Positions 52,850-62,048 of a stretch of 64,000 bases of DNA are shown here, piece after piece. Position 1 is the stretch's first letter. Each line of letters opens with the position of its first letter. A model generated the notes under the pieces. The model saw nothing but the letters and a program-made list of their open reading frames with translations, was not told the origin of the DNA and did not search any database. The position numbers and the translations under genes were made by a program. Source of the DNA: Desulfurococcaceae archaeon (GTDB lineage: Archaea > Thermoproteota > Thermoprotei_A > Sulfolobales > Desulfurococcaceae); assembly GCA_038897715.1 (NCBI GenBank), contig JAWAVV010000004.1, forward strand, positions 8,365 to 72,364, in the 5' to 3' direction.

Positions 52850-53248
52850 TCACCTCTTTTTAACAGATATTGGTGTATCTACAACAACATATCTATATGC
52901 AATACTCTCTCCTGCAGTAGGGCTTTTGCGAATAATTCTAACTATATCACCTGGTTTAGCACCAATAGCTCTTATAACAGGGTCGTCTATAGATATCCAG
53001 GGTATTTGAGTTGGTTTAACACCTAGTTTTCTCAAAACTTCTTCAGCCTCTTCAGGTTTTAAAACTTCGTGTCTGGGAACGAGTTCGTGTTCTAAAATAT
53101 TTACTTCAATTCTTTTAGTAGTTGTTTCTTCATCAGCAACGCTAGCTTTAGTTTTCTTCTTCTCTCTCTTAGTAGTTTTTCTTCTACTGGTTTTCTTCTT
53201 TTTCAAAAAATATACCTCATACAGTGGTGTTTTTAGAAACTCAAACAT
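52850..53248 (-). CDS. rpoH: RNA polymerase subunit Rpo5 (H) with Lys-rich N-terminal extension (start uncertain)
   Basis: The C-terminal 80 aa, [17 protein letters not shown]....V...QIP.I...[19 protein letters not shown]....YRYVV, is RpoH. An alternative TTG start with GAGGT upstream lies 14 codons in. Confidence 0.88.
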   Translation of the reverse strand: MFEFLKTPLYEVYFLKKKKTSRRKTTKREKKKTKASVADEETTTKRIEVNILEHELVPRHEVLKPEEAEEVLRKLGVKPTQIPWISIDDPVIRAIGAKPGDIVRIIRKSPTAGESIAYRYVVVDTPISVKKR

Positions 53249-53338
53249 TGATGCTAAAACTATGATTAGAAAATAGGGTTAATAAATATATTTATTGCAG
53301 TTGTAGCAGTAGAATATGTAATTTCGCTTAAATAGAAG

Positions 53339-53416
<78 letters not shown>

Positions 53417-53568
53417 TTTTCTTCTAAATCTATTATTAACATTACCACAATGGGTTTATTAGTTTTATCTAATTAACGAGTATTCTATTACTCCCCGTTT
53501 TATAAGTAAAAGACAGTTAATTTTCTCTGTGAAAAACCAATGTTTCCTATAGACAGGTGTGTTTTTCA

Positions 53569-54747
53569 ATGAGTAATATTATCGATGAATTGATTAAAAC
53601 AAAGTTTAGGAAAGAAAGCAGTATTTTCCTCAATAAAGATATACTACATCCCGAATACATACCGGAGACTCTACCTCATAGAGAGAACGAGATCAGGAAG
53701 CTGGCCGAGATACTACTCGTTGTTCTACGTGGAGAGAGACCTAGTAATGTGTTAATCTATGGATTAACAGGTACTGGTAAAACAGCTGTAGCTAGATATG
53801 TTGTCAAACATCTTGTTGAGAAATCGAATAGTATGAGTGTTAAACTCAATTATTCATATGTTAATACTCGTAAAGTTGATACAACTTATAGAGTATTAGC
53901 TTCAATAGCTTCATCGCTTGGTTTGAAAATACCTCCAACAGGTATAGCTATTAGTGAAGTATATAGGAGATATATTAACGCACTTGAGAATTGGAGTGGT
54001 TTACACATAGTTATCTTAGATGAAATAGATTACTATGTTAAAAGAGAAGGTGATGATTTACTCTATAAACTAGTTAGGATTAACGAGGAGTTGAATAGTT
54101 CGAAAGTAGTTTTAATAGGTATAACTAATGATATTAATTTCGTTGAATCACTCGATCCACGTATAAGGAGTAGTCTCGGAGAAGAAGAAATCGTTTTCCC
54201 ACCATACAATGCTGATCAACTATTCGATATTCTAAAACAAAGAGCTGAAAAATCTTTTAGAAAAGAAGCTATTGATGATGAAGTAATAGCTTATTGTGCT
54301 GCAATAGCAGCTCGTGAACACGGTGATGCTAGGAAAGCACTTGATTTACTAAGAGTTGCCGGTGAAATAGCTGAACGAGAGAACGCGGTTAAACTAAGTA
54401 AAGAACATGTTAAGAAAGCTTTAGTTGAATTGGAAGAAGGTAGAATATACTACACTGTCTCAACTCTACCTCTCCATGCTAAACTAGTTCTCAAAGCTAT
54501 TATCGACCTAGTTTTGGAGAAAGATAGTTGTACAACTGGTGAAGCATATAATAAATACGTTGAAATAGCGATAGATCACGGTTATGAACCTTTAACTCAG
54601 AGAAGGGTAAGCGAGATTATTAATCAACTAGATATGATCGGTTTGATAAACGCTGTTGTAACTAATAGAGGTAGGTATGGTAAAACAAGAGTAATTAGAG
54701 TTAGTAAAGATACTATTGATTTAATAAATAAATCGCTTGGTTTATAG
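53569..54747 (+). CDS. cdc6: Orc1/Cdc6 replication initiator
   Basis: AAA+ Walker A GLTGTGKT, Walker B ILDEID, C-terminal winged helix. ATG at 53569 with GGTG 9 nt upstream is preferred over GTG at 53557. Confidence 0.93.
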   Translation: MSNIIDELIKTKFRKESSIFLNKDILHPEYIPETLPHRENEIRKLAEILLVVLRGERPSNVLIYGLTGTGKTAVARYVVKHLVEKSNSMSVKLNYSYVNTRKVDTTYRVLASIASSLGLKIPPTGIAISEVYRRYINALENWSGLHIVILDEIDYYVKREGDDLLYKLVRINEELNSSKVVLIGITNDINFVESLDPRIRSSLGEEEIVFPPYNADQLFDILKQRAEKSFRKEAIDDEVIAYCAAIAAREHGDARKALDLLRVAGEIAERENAVKLSKEHVKKALVELEEGRIYYTVSTLPLHAKLVLKAIIDLVLEKDSCTTGEAYNKYVEIAIDHGYEPLTQRRVSEIINQLDMIGLINAVVTNRGRYGKTRVIRVSKDTIDLINKSLGL

Positions 54748-54748
54748 A

Positions 54749-55327
54749 ATGAATTCGTTTAGAATACAAGCATTCGACGACGGCTATTTCCCAGTACAGT
54801 ATAAGGGCTGTAGAGGTAAAACTATCATAACCGGTGTGGAGACAAAGGGTTTTCAAATAAATAAAGTCTGTTGGAAACCAGTTACTGTAGATGGTAGAGA
54901 AACAAGTAGTGTTGTGATCGAATTATCTAAACTAATGGGTTCACCTGATCTATTGATACTAGATGGAATAACTTATGCTGGTTTCGATACAGCAGATCCT
55001 GATGAAATATATTTAAATACAAATACTCCGGTAGTAGTTGTTCAACAATATCCACTAGATTTAGACAATATAAGAGAAGCTTTATATAGAAACTTCAGCG
55101 ATGCTGATGAAAGATATAGTGTTATAAAGAAAGTTGTCGATAAATTCCAGTATCTCGATACTCCTTGGAAAACTATACAATTTTATGCAACAGGTATTGA
55201 ACTCGATAAAGCACGTATTATTTTATTGAAAACAATGATATACAGCCCTATTCCAGAACCATTGAGAATAGCACATAATATAGCATCTGTTTTATCTAGA
55301 AGACTATTTAGTGTTGTAATTGATTAA
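54749..55327 (+). CDS. UPF0215/DUF99 family protein (EndoV-fold)
   Basis: IQAFDDGYF, VTVDGRETS, LILDGITYAGFD, TPVVVV match the DUF99 pattern. The ATG is 2 nt after the cdc6 stop. Confidence 0.7.
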   Translation: MNSFRIQAFDDGYFPVQYKGCRGKTIITGVETKGFQINKVCWKPVTVDGRETSSVVIELSKLMGSPDLLILDGITYAGFDTADPDEIYLNTNTPVVVVQQYPLDLDNIREALYRNFSDADERYSVIKKVVDKFQYLDTPWKTIQFYATGIELDKARIILLKTMIYSPIPEPLRIAHNIASVLSRRLFSVVID

Positions 55328-55401
55328 CGGGCCCGCCGGGATTTGAACCCGGGACCTACGGGTTAAAAGCCCGCCGCTCTACCTAGCTGAGCTACGGGCC
55401 C
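55328..55401 (-). tRNA. tRNA-Lys (TTT)
   Basis: Reverse strand reads GGGCCCG-TA-GCTC..GAGC-G-GCGGG-CTTTTAA-CCCGT-AGGTC-CCGGGTTCAAATCCCGG-CGGGCCC-G. It abuts the DUF99 stop codon. Confidence 0.92.
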
Positions 55402-55504
55402 ATTATTCTAAAAACTATTTTACTCAACGAGGTGTTTATAAAAATAACTCACTATTAACGTAAATGATATAAAACCCTCTTTATTTAAATAGTTTCTAAT
55501 AGAT

Positions 55505-55613
55505 AGCCGGGTCGTCTAGCGGTCAAGGATGCGGGGCTTTGGATACATTCTACTGTAGAGTCGGTAGATGTAGAAGAACCCCCGTGACCGGGGTTCGAAT
55601 CCCCGCCCGGCTA
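55505..55613 (+). tRNA. tRNA-Gln (TTG) with 36-nt intron at 37/38
   Basis: AGCCGGG-TC-GTCT..GGAT-G-CGGGG-CTTTGG[36 nt]C-CCCCG-TGAC-CGGGGTTCGAATCCCCG-CCCGGCT-A. A TTTATTTAAATA TATA-like box lies at about -25 to -14. Confidence 0.88.
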
Positions 55614-55679
55614 TTAACAAGTAACTTTTATAAATCTTTCTCAAACCTTCTACTAGTATTTTTCTGTTTCAGCACAACA

Positions 55680-57368
55680 TTATCTCCTACTAGCTATTTT
55701 AATAACGTCTTCATAAGTCATTCTATAGAGTTCTGTTGATTCAAGTTTCTTACGGTCTCTTACATATTTCTTCGTAGCTACATCTTGTGGTAGATTGTGT
55801 TTTAAACTATATTCTCTAATAGATATGTTGTTTTCTTTAAATAACTTATCTCTGTAAACATCTTCGAATACATTATATGTACAGAATGGTATCAATCTCC
55901 CATCGGGAGCTAGATAGTGTATATTACATCTCTGTGCTCTCTGTATATCATAATTATATAGATCCATGAAATGCATTGCACCTAGAAATAGCATTTTATA
56001 ATGTAATTCACCTAGTGCGTCATAATTTCTCTTTATGATAATATTGAATAGTATTCTATACAGATTAACTCCTGGAGGCATTTTATCTTCATAGAAGAAT
56101 TTCTTAATAGAGTAAAGTATTTTCAAACCTGTTATTAAACGAGTTGAACCACTGAATAAATCCATCCACTTCTCGTTCAAATACTCTAGTAAACCATCTA
56201 TGTCAACGAACTCGTTGATCGGTATTAACCTGATCCTGTTAGAAGACTTATCAACATAAACGTAGGTTGCTGCTCCACAAATTGGATGATTAGTCATCTC
56301 TATTTTATACTCACGTGTAATACCTTCTATTAACCTAGAGAAAATTGCTGAAACCGGGACTGGATACCATGCTTCACGAGGTATCTCGTTATCTGTTTGC
56401 TCCTCGATTAGTTTAATCAAATCCGCAATAGTTACTCTATACTTCATTCTCTCAAATCTCTTCATCAACCCGGTTAAACTAACTGGTTGGAAATTAATAC
56501 CTCTAATTATATCAATATGTTTACTAGCGAAGTATATTATAGCACCTAGTTCATGTGTATTAACTGTATTGATAACCGTGGGTACTAGAACAGTACTAGT
56601 CATTCCGCTTCTACGGAAAACTTCTAAAATATACGGTATTTCCCAGTGGTTTTTCCAATTAGTAACAGGTGTTACACCGTCGAAACTAAGGTAAACAGTG
56701 TTTACACCACTAGTTCTTAGATCACGTGCTAGCTTAATCGCTTCACCCGGATCGTTCCAATATAGTTCGGCGAATTTCAATCCATTAGTATTTAACTGTA
56801 CGTGTCTAACACCTTCATTTTTCAAAACTCTAACTATTTCTACTAAGTCTTCTCTAAGTAATGGTTCGCCTCCAGTTATTTGAACGTTGATCACAGTGTT
56901 TTGTTTCTTAGCACTTCTAATCATATCTACGATTTCAGCAATAGTTGGTTCATAAACATAACCCATTGCTTCCGAGAAGAAGAAACAATACCAACAACTT
57001 AGATCGCATCTATTCGTAACGACAAGGTTTATTAAAGCAGTGTGTTGTTTATGTAAAGGACATAATCCGCAGTTGAATGGACATAGATTGTTTAAACTAG
57101 TGTATACATATCTAGTTCCTCTACCTTCATTAATCCATTTAATCATTTTCTTATACAACTCTACGTCTCCATAGTACAGCTCCTCGATTTCACCGTGTTC
57201 AGGGCAAACTCTCTTAATATATACTTTTCTATCTCTCTCAATTATTGTAGCTGGTAGTATTCGATAACAGTATGGACATATACTCTGAGTTGTTGATAAC
57301 AATTCCTCACCATTACCTATAGCTGGTATTGTATAGCTTATCTCACCGATCGATTTATTATAGTTCAA
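55680..57368 (-). CDS. Radical SAM protein with N-terminal rubredoxin-like CPxC...CPxHG module (COG1964 type, possible tetraether lipid synthase Tes/GDGT-MAS family)
   Basis: 562 aa. CPYCY...CPEHG, radical SAM NRCDLSCWYC, second Cys cluster CPFNCGLCP. The family assignment is from recollection of MJ0619-like architecture. Confidence 0.6.
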   Translation of the reverse strand: MNYNKSIGEISYTIPAIGNGEELLSTTQSICPYCYRILPATIIERDRKVYIKRVCPEHGEIEELYYGDVELYKKMIKWINEGRGTRYVYTSLNNLCPFNCGLCPLHKQHTALINLVVTNRCDLSCWYCFFFSEAMGYVYEPTIAEIVDMIRSAKKQNTVINVQITGGEPLLREDLVEIVRVLKNEGVRHVQLNTNGLKFAELYWNDPGEAIKLARDLRTSGVNTVYLSFDGVTPVTNWKNHWEIPYILEVFRRSGMTSTVLVPTVINTVNTHELGAIIYFASKHIDIIRGINFQPVSLTGLMKRFERMKYRVTIADLIKLIEEQTDNEIPREAWYPVPVSAIFSRLIEGITREYKIEMTNHPICGAATYVYVDKSSNRIRLIPINEFVDIDGLLEYLNEKWMDLFSGSTRLITGLKILYSIKKFFYEDKMPPGVNLYRILFNIIIKRNYDALGELHYKMLFLGAMHFMDLYNYDIQRAQRCNIHYLAPDGRLIPFCTYNVFEDVYRDKLFKENNISIREYSLKHNLPQDVATKKYVRDRKKLESTELYRMTYEDVIKIASRR

Positions 57369-57943
57369 TCATACCACCCTACAACAATGATCTAACTTAT
57401 TCAAAACTAGTATATTTATTATACTAGTAAGTTTAAGTTTTAAAGCGTTTACATTTCAAAATGAATATTTTCATAGAATTAGTTTTTATACGACAAGAGG
57501 TTATCGTTTTATTGTAAAGCTCAAATATTCAATGTTCTTGTCTATATTAGACTCTAAGTTTTAGAATAATGGTTTAATAAATGCTTCAAGCTTTGAATAA
57601 GTAATTAATTGTATCAATATTCTATATAGATTCTCAATAAAAATACTGTAAACACTTAATTCTCAAGTTAATGCATTATTAAAATGATTCATTTATTGAA
57701 CTTTTTAGAGTTTTAATCGAGTTGTGTGAAATACTGGAATACTGTATTCACGTATCTTTCTAGCTTCTCGGATTTAATACAAACTGCTCCCCAGATCTTG
57801 GGTTTGAATAAACAATATTACCGAGTTCTCTATTGCGACTATTATGTGTAAAATAGTATCTATAGAATATCTGACTCAATGTTATTAACTACTTTTACTT
57901 TTACAATATAACGTGAATTAAAGTAACTAGACGAGGTTTTGCT

Positions 57944-58519
57944 TTGAATAGAAAAGTTATTGTAATAGCCGGTACGCCTGGTGTGGGTAAAACAAGTGTT
58001 TCAGAGAGATTAGCCAGTGTTTTCGGCTATAAATATGTTAATCTAAGTAAACTAGCTATTGAGAAGAATTTATTATCACATTATGATGAGGATAGACAGA
58101 CGTATGTTATAGATGAAACTAGTTTAGTTAACGAGGTTTTGAGAATAATTAATGAGTATAAATACGTAGTTATAGATACTCATTATCCTGAAATACTTCC
58201 TCCAGATATAGTTGATTTAGTTATAGTTCTAAGATTGAATCCACTTATTTTAGAGAATAAACTACGTGAGAGAGGATGGAGTGGTAGAAAAGTTAATGAA
58301 AACGTAATGGCTGAAATACTATCTATTGTTACAGTAAACGCTATTGAGAGATTTGGAGAAAACAAGGTTTTTGAAATAGATGTTACTGGTAGGACTGTTG
58401 ATGAAATTATTGGAATAATCATTGATATTGTTGAAAATAAGTGTAAACATACTCCGGGTCAAATAATTGATTGGTTAACTGTTTTAAAACCTGAAGAGAT
58501 CACTAGATATGAGTATTAA
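57944..58519 (+). CDS. Fap7/adenylate kinase 6-like NTPase (small-subunit ribosome biogenesis)
   Basis: 191 aa. P-loop GTPGVGKTS, DTHYPEILP, LR..P..LE.KLRERGW. TTG start with GAGGT upstream. Confidence 0.8.
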   Translation: MNRKVIVIAGTPGVGKTSVSERLASVFGYKYVNLSKLAIEKNLLSHYDEDRQTYVIDETSLVNEVLRIINEYKYVVIDTHYPEILPPDIVDLVIVLRLNPLILENKLRERGWSGRKVNENVMAEILSIVTVNAIERFGENKVFEIDVTGRTVDEIIGIIIDIVENKCKHTPGQIIDWLTVLKPEEITRYEY

Positions 58520-58528
58520 CTATAGTGA

Positions 58529-59359
58529 ATGGTGTTAAAAATGAGTAGTTTTAGGAAAGCTAGTTGGAGAGAAATATGGGATATAGTATCGAGAGCTGAT
58601 GTTGTAATAGAGGTTTTAGATGCTAGAGATCCTTTATCAACTATGAGTAAGAAGCTTGAAGATATTGTGAATAAACTTGGTAAAAGACTTTTACTAGTTC
58701 TTAATTTATCTGATTTAGTCCCTAGAAGTATTGTTGAAGAATGGGTTAGAGTTCTGCGTAGTAGAGGCTATCACACCGTATATATATCGGCTAAACAACA
58801 CAAAGGTACTAGAGTATTGAGGAGGAAGATTAAAGAGATTGCACCATCGCTTCCAGTTGTCGTAGCTATAACAGGTTATCCTAAAACAGGTAAATCAACA
58901 ATTATAAATGCTTTGAAAGGTAAACATTCTGCTTCAACAAGTCCTATACCTGGAAGTCCCGGTTATACGAAGTATCCTCAACTATATAGAATTGATCGAA
59001 ACATATTGATGATCGATACACCTGGTGTAATACCGGTTGAAGGTTCTTGGTTAGATAGAGTAATTAGAGGAGAAAACCCTGATCAAATCGCAGACCCTGT
59101 TAATCCTGCAATAGAGTTGATCAAGAAAATACTTAAACATAATGAAAAAGCTTTCATACAAGCATATGGTATTGATGAGAGAGATCCTGTTAAAATACTT
59201 GAAAAACTAGCTGTTAAAAGAGGTTGGTTTTATAAAACAACACGCGAGCCTTTAATAGATCAGGCTGCTAGAACTATTATTAAAGATTTTCTTGAAGGTA
59301 AAATACCTTTTTACGTAAGATTTTATTCAAAGGATGATGAACATGGTTATTCGTATTAA
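58529..59359 (+). CDS. Circularly permuted ribosome-biogenesis GTPase (YlqF/RbgA/Nug-like)
   Basis: 276 aa. G4 LNLSD precedes G1 GYPKTGKST and G3 DTPG. DVVIEVLDARDP. Confidence 0.8.
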   Translation: MVLKMSSFRKASWREIWDIVSRADVVIEVLDARDPLSTMSKKLEDIVNKLGKRLLLVLNLSDLVPRSIVEEWVRVLRSRGYHTVYISAKQHKGTRVLRRKIKEIAPSLPVVVAITGYPKTGKSTIINALKGKHSASTSPIPGSPGYTKYPQLYRIDRNILMIDTPGVIPVEGSWLDRVIRGENPDQIADPVNPAIELIKKILKHNEKAFIQAYGIDERDPVKILEKLAVKRGWFYKTTREPLIDQAARTIIKDFLEGKIPFYVRFYSKDDEHGYSY

Positions 59360-59552
59360 AATAATTGGTTCCGAGAAGATATATAGAGAAATAGATGTTA
59401 GCGAGATAAGTATAAGAGATCTTTTTAGAAAACTCGGTTTAACAAGTAGTGAATATGTTGTTTTGAAAAACAATATAGTTGTAACCGAAGATGATATTGC
59501 TAGAGATAACGATGAAATCACTATAATACCTGTTAAATCCGGTGGTAGTTAA
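59343..59552 (+). CDS. ThiS/MoaD-family ubiquitin-like small protein ending ...VKSGGS
   Basis: About 69 aa, beta-grasp-like, with a diglycine one residue before the stop. Its stop overlaps the E1-like gene start (TAATG). Confidence 0.65.
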   Translation: MVIRIKIIGSEKIYREIDVSEISIRDLFRKLGLTSSEYVVLKNNIVVTEDDIARDNDEITIIPVKSGGS

Positions 59553-60280
59553 TGTCCTTGACAGATGAAGAACTAGTTAGATATGATAGACAAATCCCTG
59601 TTATTGGATACGAGAATCAGGTTAGATTGAAGAATACGAGTGTACTTGTTGTTGGATTAGGTGGTTTAGGTTCGATTATAACAACTTATCTAGTAGCATC
59701 AGGTATTGGTAGAATTGTTGTCGTCGACCACGATACTGTTTCTCTAAGTGATTTGAATAGACAAATACTTTACGATACGAGTGTTTTAGGTAAACCTAAA
59801 GCACTTGTTGCTAGAGAGAAGCTATCTAAGTTAAACCCTAATGTCGTTGTTGAAACCTATGTTGAAGAATTTACATACGGTTTCGGAGAAAGAATTATTA
59901 GAGATGTCGATATAATTGTAGATGCTCTAGACAACTGGGAGACTAGGTTTGTAGTTGATAAACTAGCTTTTAAATATAATAAACCTCTCGTACATGGAGG
60001 TGTAGAGGGTTTCTATGGACAGGTAACGACGTTAATACCGGGTAAAACGCCTTGTTTGAGATGTATTTTCCAAATCGTTAAACCTGTTAAGAAAAGAGTT
60101 AATGTTGTAGCTACAACGCCAGGTATTATAGGAGTTATTGAAGCTAATGAAGTATTGAAACTAGCTATTGGTTTAGGCGAACTCCTTGTTAATAAAATAC
60201 TTATTTACAATGGTTTGAAAAACGAGTTTACAATTATAGAGATTAGAGATGTTGATTGCAGAATTTGTTATGAAGAATAG
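59552..60280 (+). CDS. E1-like ThiF/MoeB/UbaA family adenylyltransferase
   Basis: 242 aa. YDRQI, nucleotide loop VVGLGGLGS, NRQ, two CxxC pairs (CLRC, CRIC). No rhodanese domain. Confidence 0.88.
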   Translation: MSLTDEELVRYDRQIPVIGYENQVRLKNTSVLVVGLGGLGSIITTYLVASGIGRIVVVDHDTVSLSDLNRQILYDTSVLGKPKALVAREKLSKLNPNVVVETYVEEFTYGFGERIIRDVDIIVDALDNWETRFVVDKLAFKYNKPLVHGGVEGFYGQVTTLIPGKTPCLRCIFQIVKPVKKRVNVVATTPGIIGVIEANEVLKLAIGLGELLVNKILIYNGLKNEFTIIEIRDVDCRICYEE

Positions 60281-60282
60281 TG

Positions 60283-60501
60283 TTATAAACCACCAGTTGC
60301 TTGTTTTATTAAAACAACTTTATCTCCTTTCTTAACTAAATAGTTTTCTTCATTAACTAATTTATTATTAACTAATACAGCTACACTATTGAATTCATCT
60401 ATATCAAGTAATTCGAGTATTTCATTTAATCTCATCTCTTCACGTTCAATTCTCATCTTTCTTCTCTCAGGTAGTATAAGTATATCTATCAATAAATACA
60501 C
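60283..60501 (-). CDS. Second ThiS/MoaD-family ubiquitin-like small protein ending ...QATGGL
   Basis: 72 aa as the longest ORF, more likely 57 aa from the ATG at 60456. VAVLVNNKLV...VKKGDKVVLIKQATGG-L is a ThiS-like C-terminus. Convergent with the E1-like gene, 2 nt apart. Confidence 0.55.
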   Translation of the reverse strand: MYLLIDILILPERRKMRIEREEMRLNEILELLDIDEFNSVAVLVNNKLVNEENYLVKKGDKVVLIKQATGGL

Positions 60502-60612
60502 CTAGAGTATTCTAGAGATTGATTTAACAATTCAATTTCAATTATTGTTTAGCAAATTCGCTTAATAAAGTTAAAGTATTGTTAGAGAAAGAGATTTGTT
60601 TAAAAAAACTAG

Positions 60613-61965
60613 CTATTCTTTCGGATAAGGTGGTAGTATTTCTATCAATTTATTACTAATAGCTATATCCATATATCTCCTAGGTCTATAGATAAGTTCT
60701 CTAATTTCATGTTCTAGTTCAGATCTAGTTAGCTTCCTTCTAGCAACTCCTTCTTCCATAGCTTTCTCCGCTACAGCTACTGCTTCTTCAACAAACATCT
60801 CGGTTTCCTCCATTGTTGGAACAATATAGTCTTCATGAATACCTTTTTTCTCAGCAAATCTAGCTATAGCATATCCTGCTGCTAGAAACATTGAATCAGT
60901 CATTTTACGCGCTCGTACTGTTAAAACACCTCTGAATACAGCGGGGAATCCTAGACTATTATTAATCTGATTAGGGAAATCGCTACGACCGGTAGCAACT
61001 ATTCTAGCTCCAGCTTCTTTAGCTTCCCATGGCCATATTTCTGGTATTGGATTTGCTTCGGCAAATACTATAGGGTCGTCTGCCATTAATTTAATCCATT
61101 CTTTTTTAATAACGCCTGGACCAGGTCTTGAAGCAGCGATCACTACATCAGCGTCTTTAAGTGCTTCGGGTATACCTCCTGTTCTACCTTCAATATTTGT
61201 TTCTAACGCTATACGGTATTTCCACGGATTTTCTTTCTCTAGTTCTTTAATATCTTCTCTACCTGGATGTAGTATTCCTTTACTATCCACCACGATGTAG
61301 TTTTTCATCCTACCTCCAGCTAGTGTTATATACTTTATTGCAGAAATATTAGCTGCTCCAGCTCCGATAAAAGCTATTTTAACGTGATCTAGTTTCTTAC
61401 CAACAATTTTTAAAGCATTTATTAAACCAGCTAGTGTAACAAGAGCAGTCCCCTGTTGATCATCGTGCCATACTGGAATATCTAGTATTTCATTTAGTTT
61501 CTCAAGTATGTAGAAACATTTAGGACTCTCAATATCTTCTAGATTAATAGCTCCAAAACTCGGCTCGATTATTTTAACTACTTCGATGAATTTATCCGGG
61601 TCTTTGGCGTTAACAACTAGTGGTATTGCATCAACTCCTCCTAGGTATTTGAATAATAATGCTTTACCCTCCATAACCGGTAAGCCAGCTTCAGGACCAA
61701 TATCTCCTAATCCTAAAACTCTAGTTCCATCACTTATAACAGCAGCATAGTTCCATCTACAGGTGTATTCGAAAGAAAGGTCTTTACCCTTTTCCTTTAT
61801 GATCTTACATGGACCGGCAACTCCGGGGGTATACCATATTGAGAAATCCTGTAGTTTCATAACAGGGACTTTAGGCATTATCTCTATTTTCCCCTGGTAC
61901 TTGAAGTGTAGTTCGTTAGATATAGAGAACCAATCAATAGTTTTCTTTTCACTAGATTTAGTCAT
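60613..61965 (-). CDS. NAD(P)-dependent malic enzyme
   Basis: 450 aa. [34 protein letters not shown]. Confidence 0.9.
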   Translation of the reverse strand: MTKSSEKKTIDWFSISNELHFKYQGKIEIMPKVPVMKLQDFSIWYTPGVAGPCKIIKEKGKDLSFEYTCRWNYAAVISDGTRVLGLGDIGPEAGLPVMEGKALLFKYLGGVDAIPLVVNAKDPDKFIEVVKIIEPSFGAINLEDIESPKCFYILEKLNEILDIPVWHDDQQGTALVTLAGLINALKIVGKKLDHVKIAFIGAGAANISAIKYITLAGGRMKNYIVVDSKGILHPGREDIKELEKENPWKYRIALETNIEGRTGGIPEALKDADVVIAASRPGPGVIKKEWIKLMADDPIVFAEANPIPEIWPWEAKEAGARIVATGRSDFPNQINNSLGFPAVFRGVLTVRARKMTDSMFLAAGYAIARFAEKKGIHEDYIVPTMEETEMFVEEAVAVAEKAMEEGVARRKLTRSELEHEIRELIYRPRRYMDIAISNKLIEILPPYPKE

Positions 61966-62048
61966 CTATATTACACCATTAGTGAATAGAATAATAGTTT
62001 ACGTAATATTATAATGGTTAATCGAGTTTTAAAACATATGTATTCCAT

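Noticed and set aside
53417-53556. Attempt to identify ORB / mini-ORB origin recognition boxes upstream of cdc6
   Set aside because: I found only a weak AAAACGGGGAG (reverse-strand) resemblance, with no TCCA-N-TGGA dyad and no repeated copies. The origin idea is kept only as a low-confidence inference from gene orientation.
55539-55739. 66-aa plus-strand ORF
   Set aside because: It starts inside the tRNA-Gln intron and 3' half and has no coding signature. The locus is explained by the tRNA.
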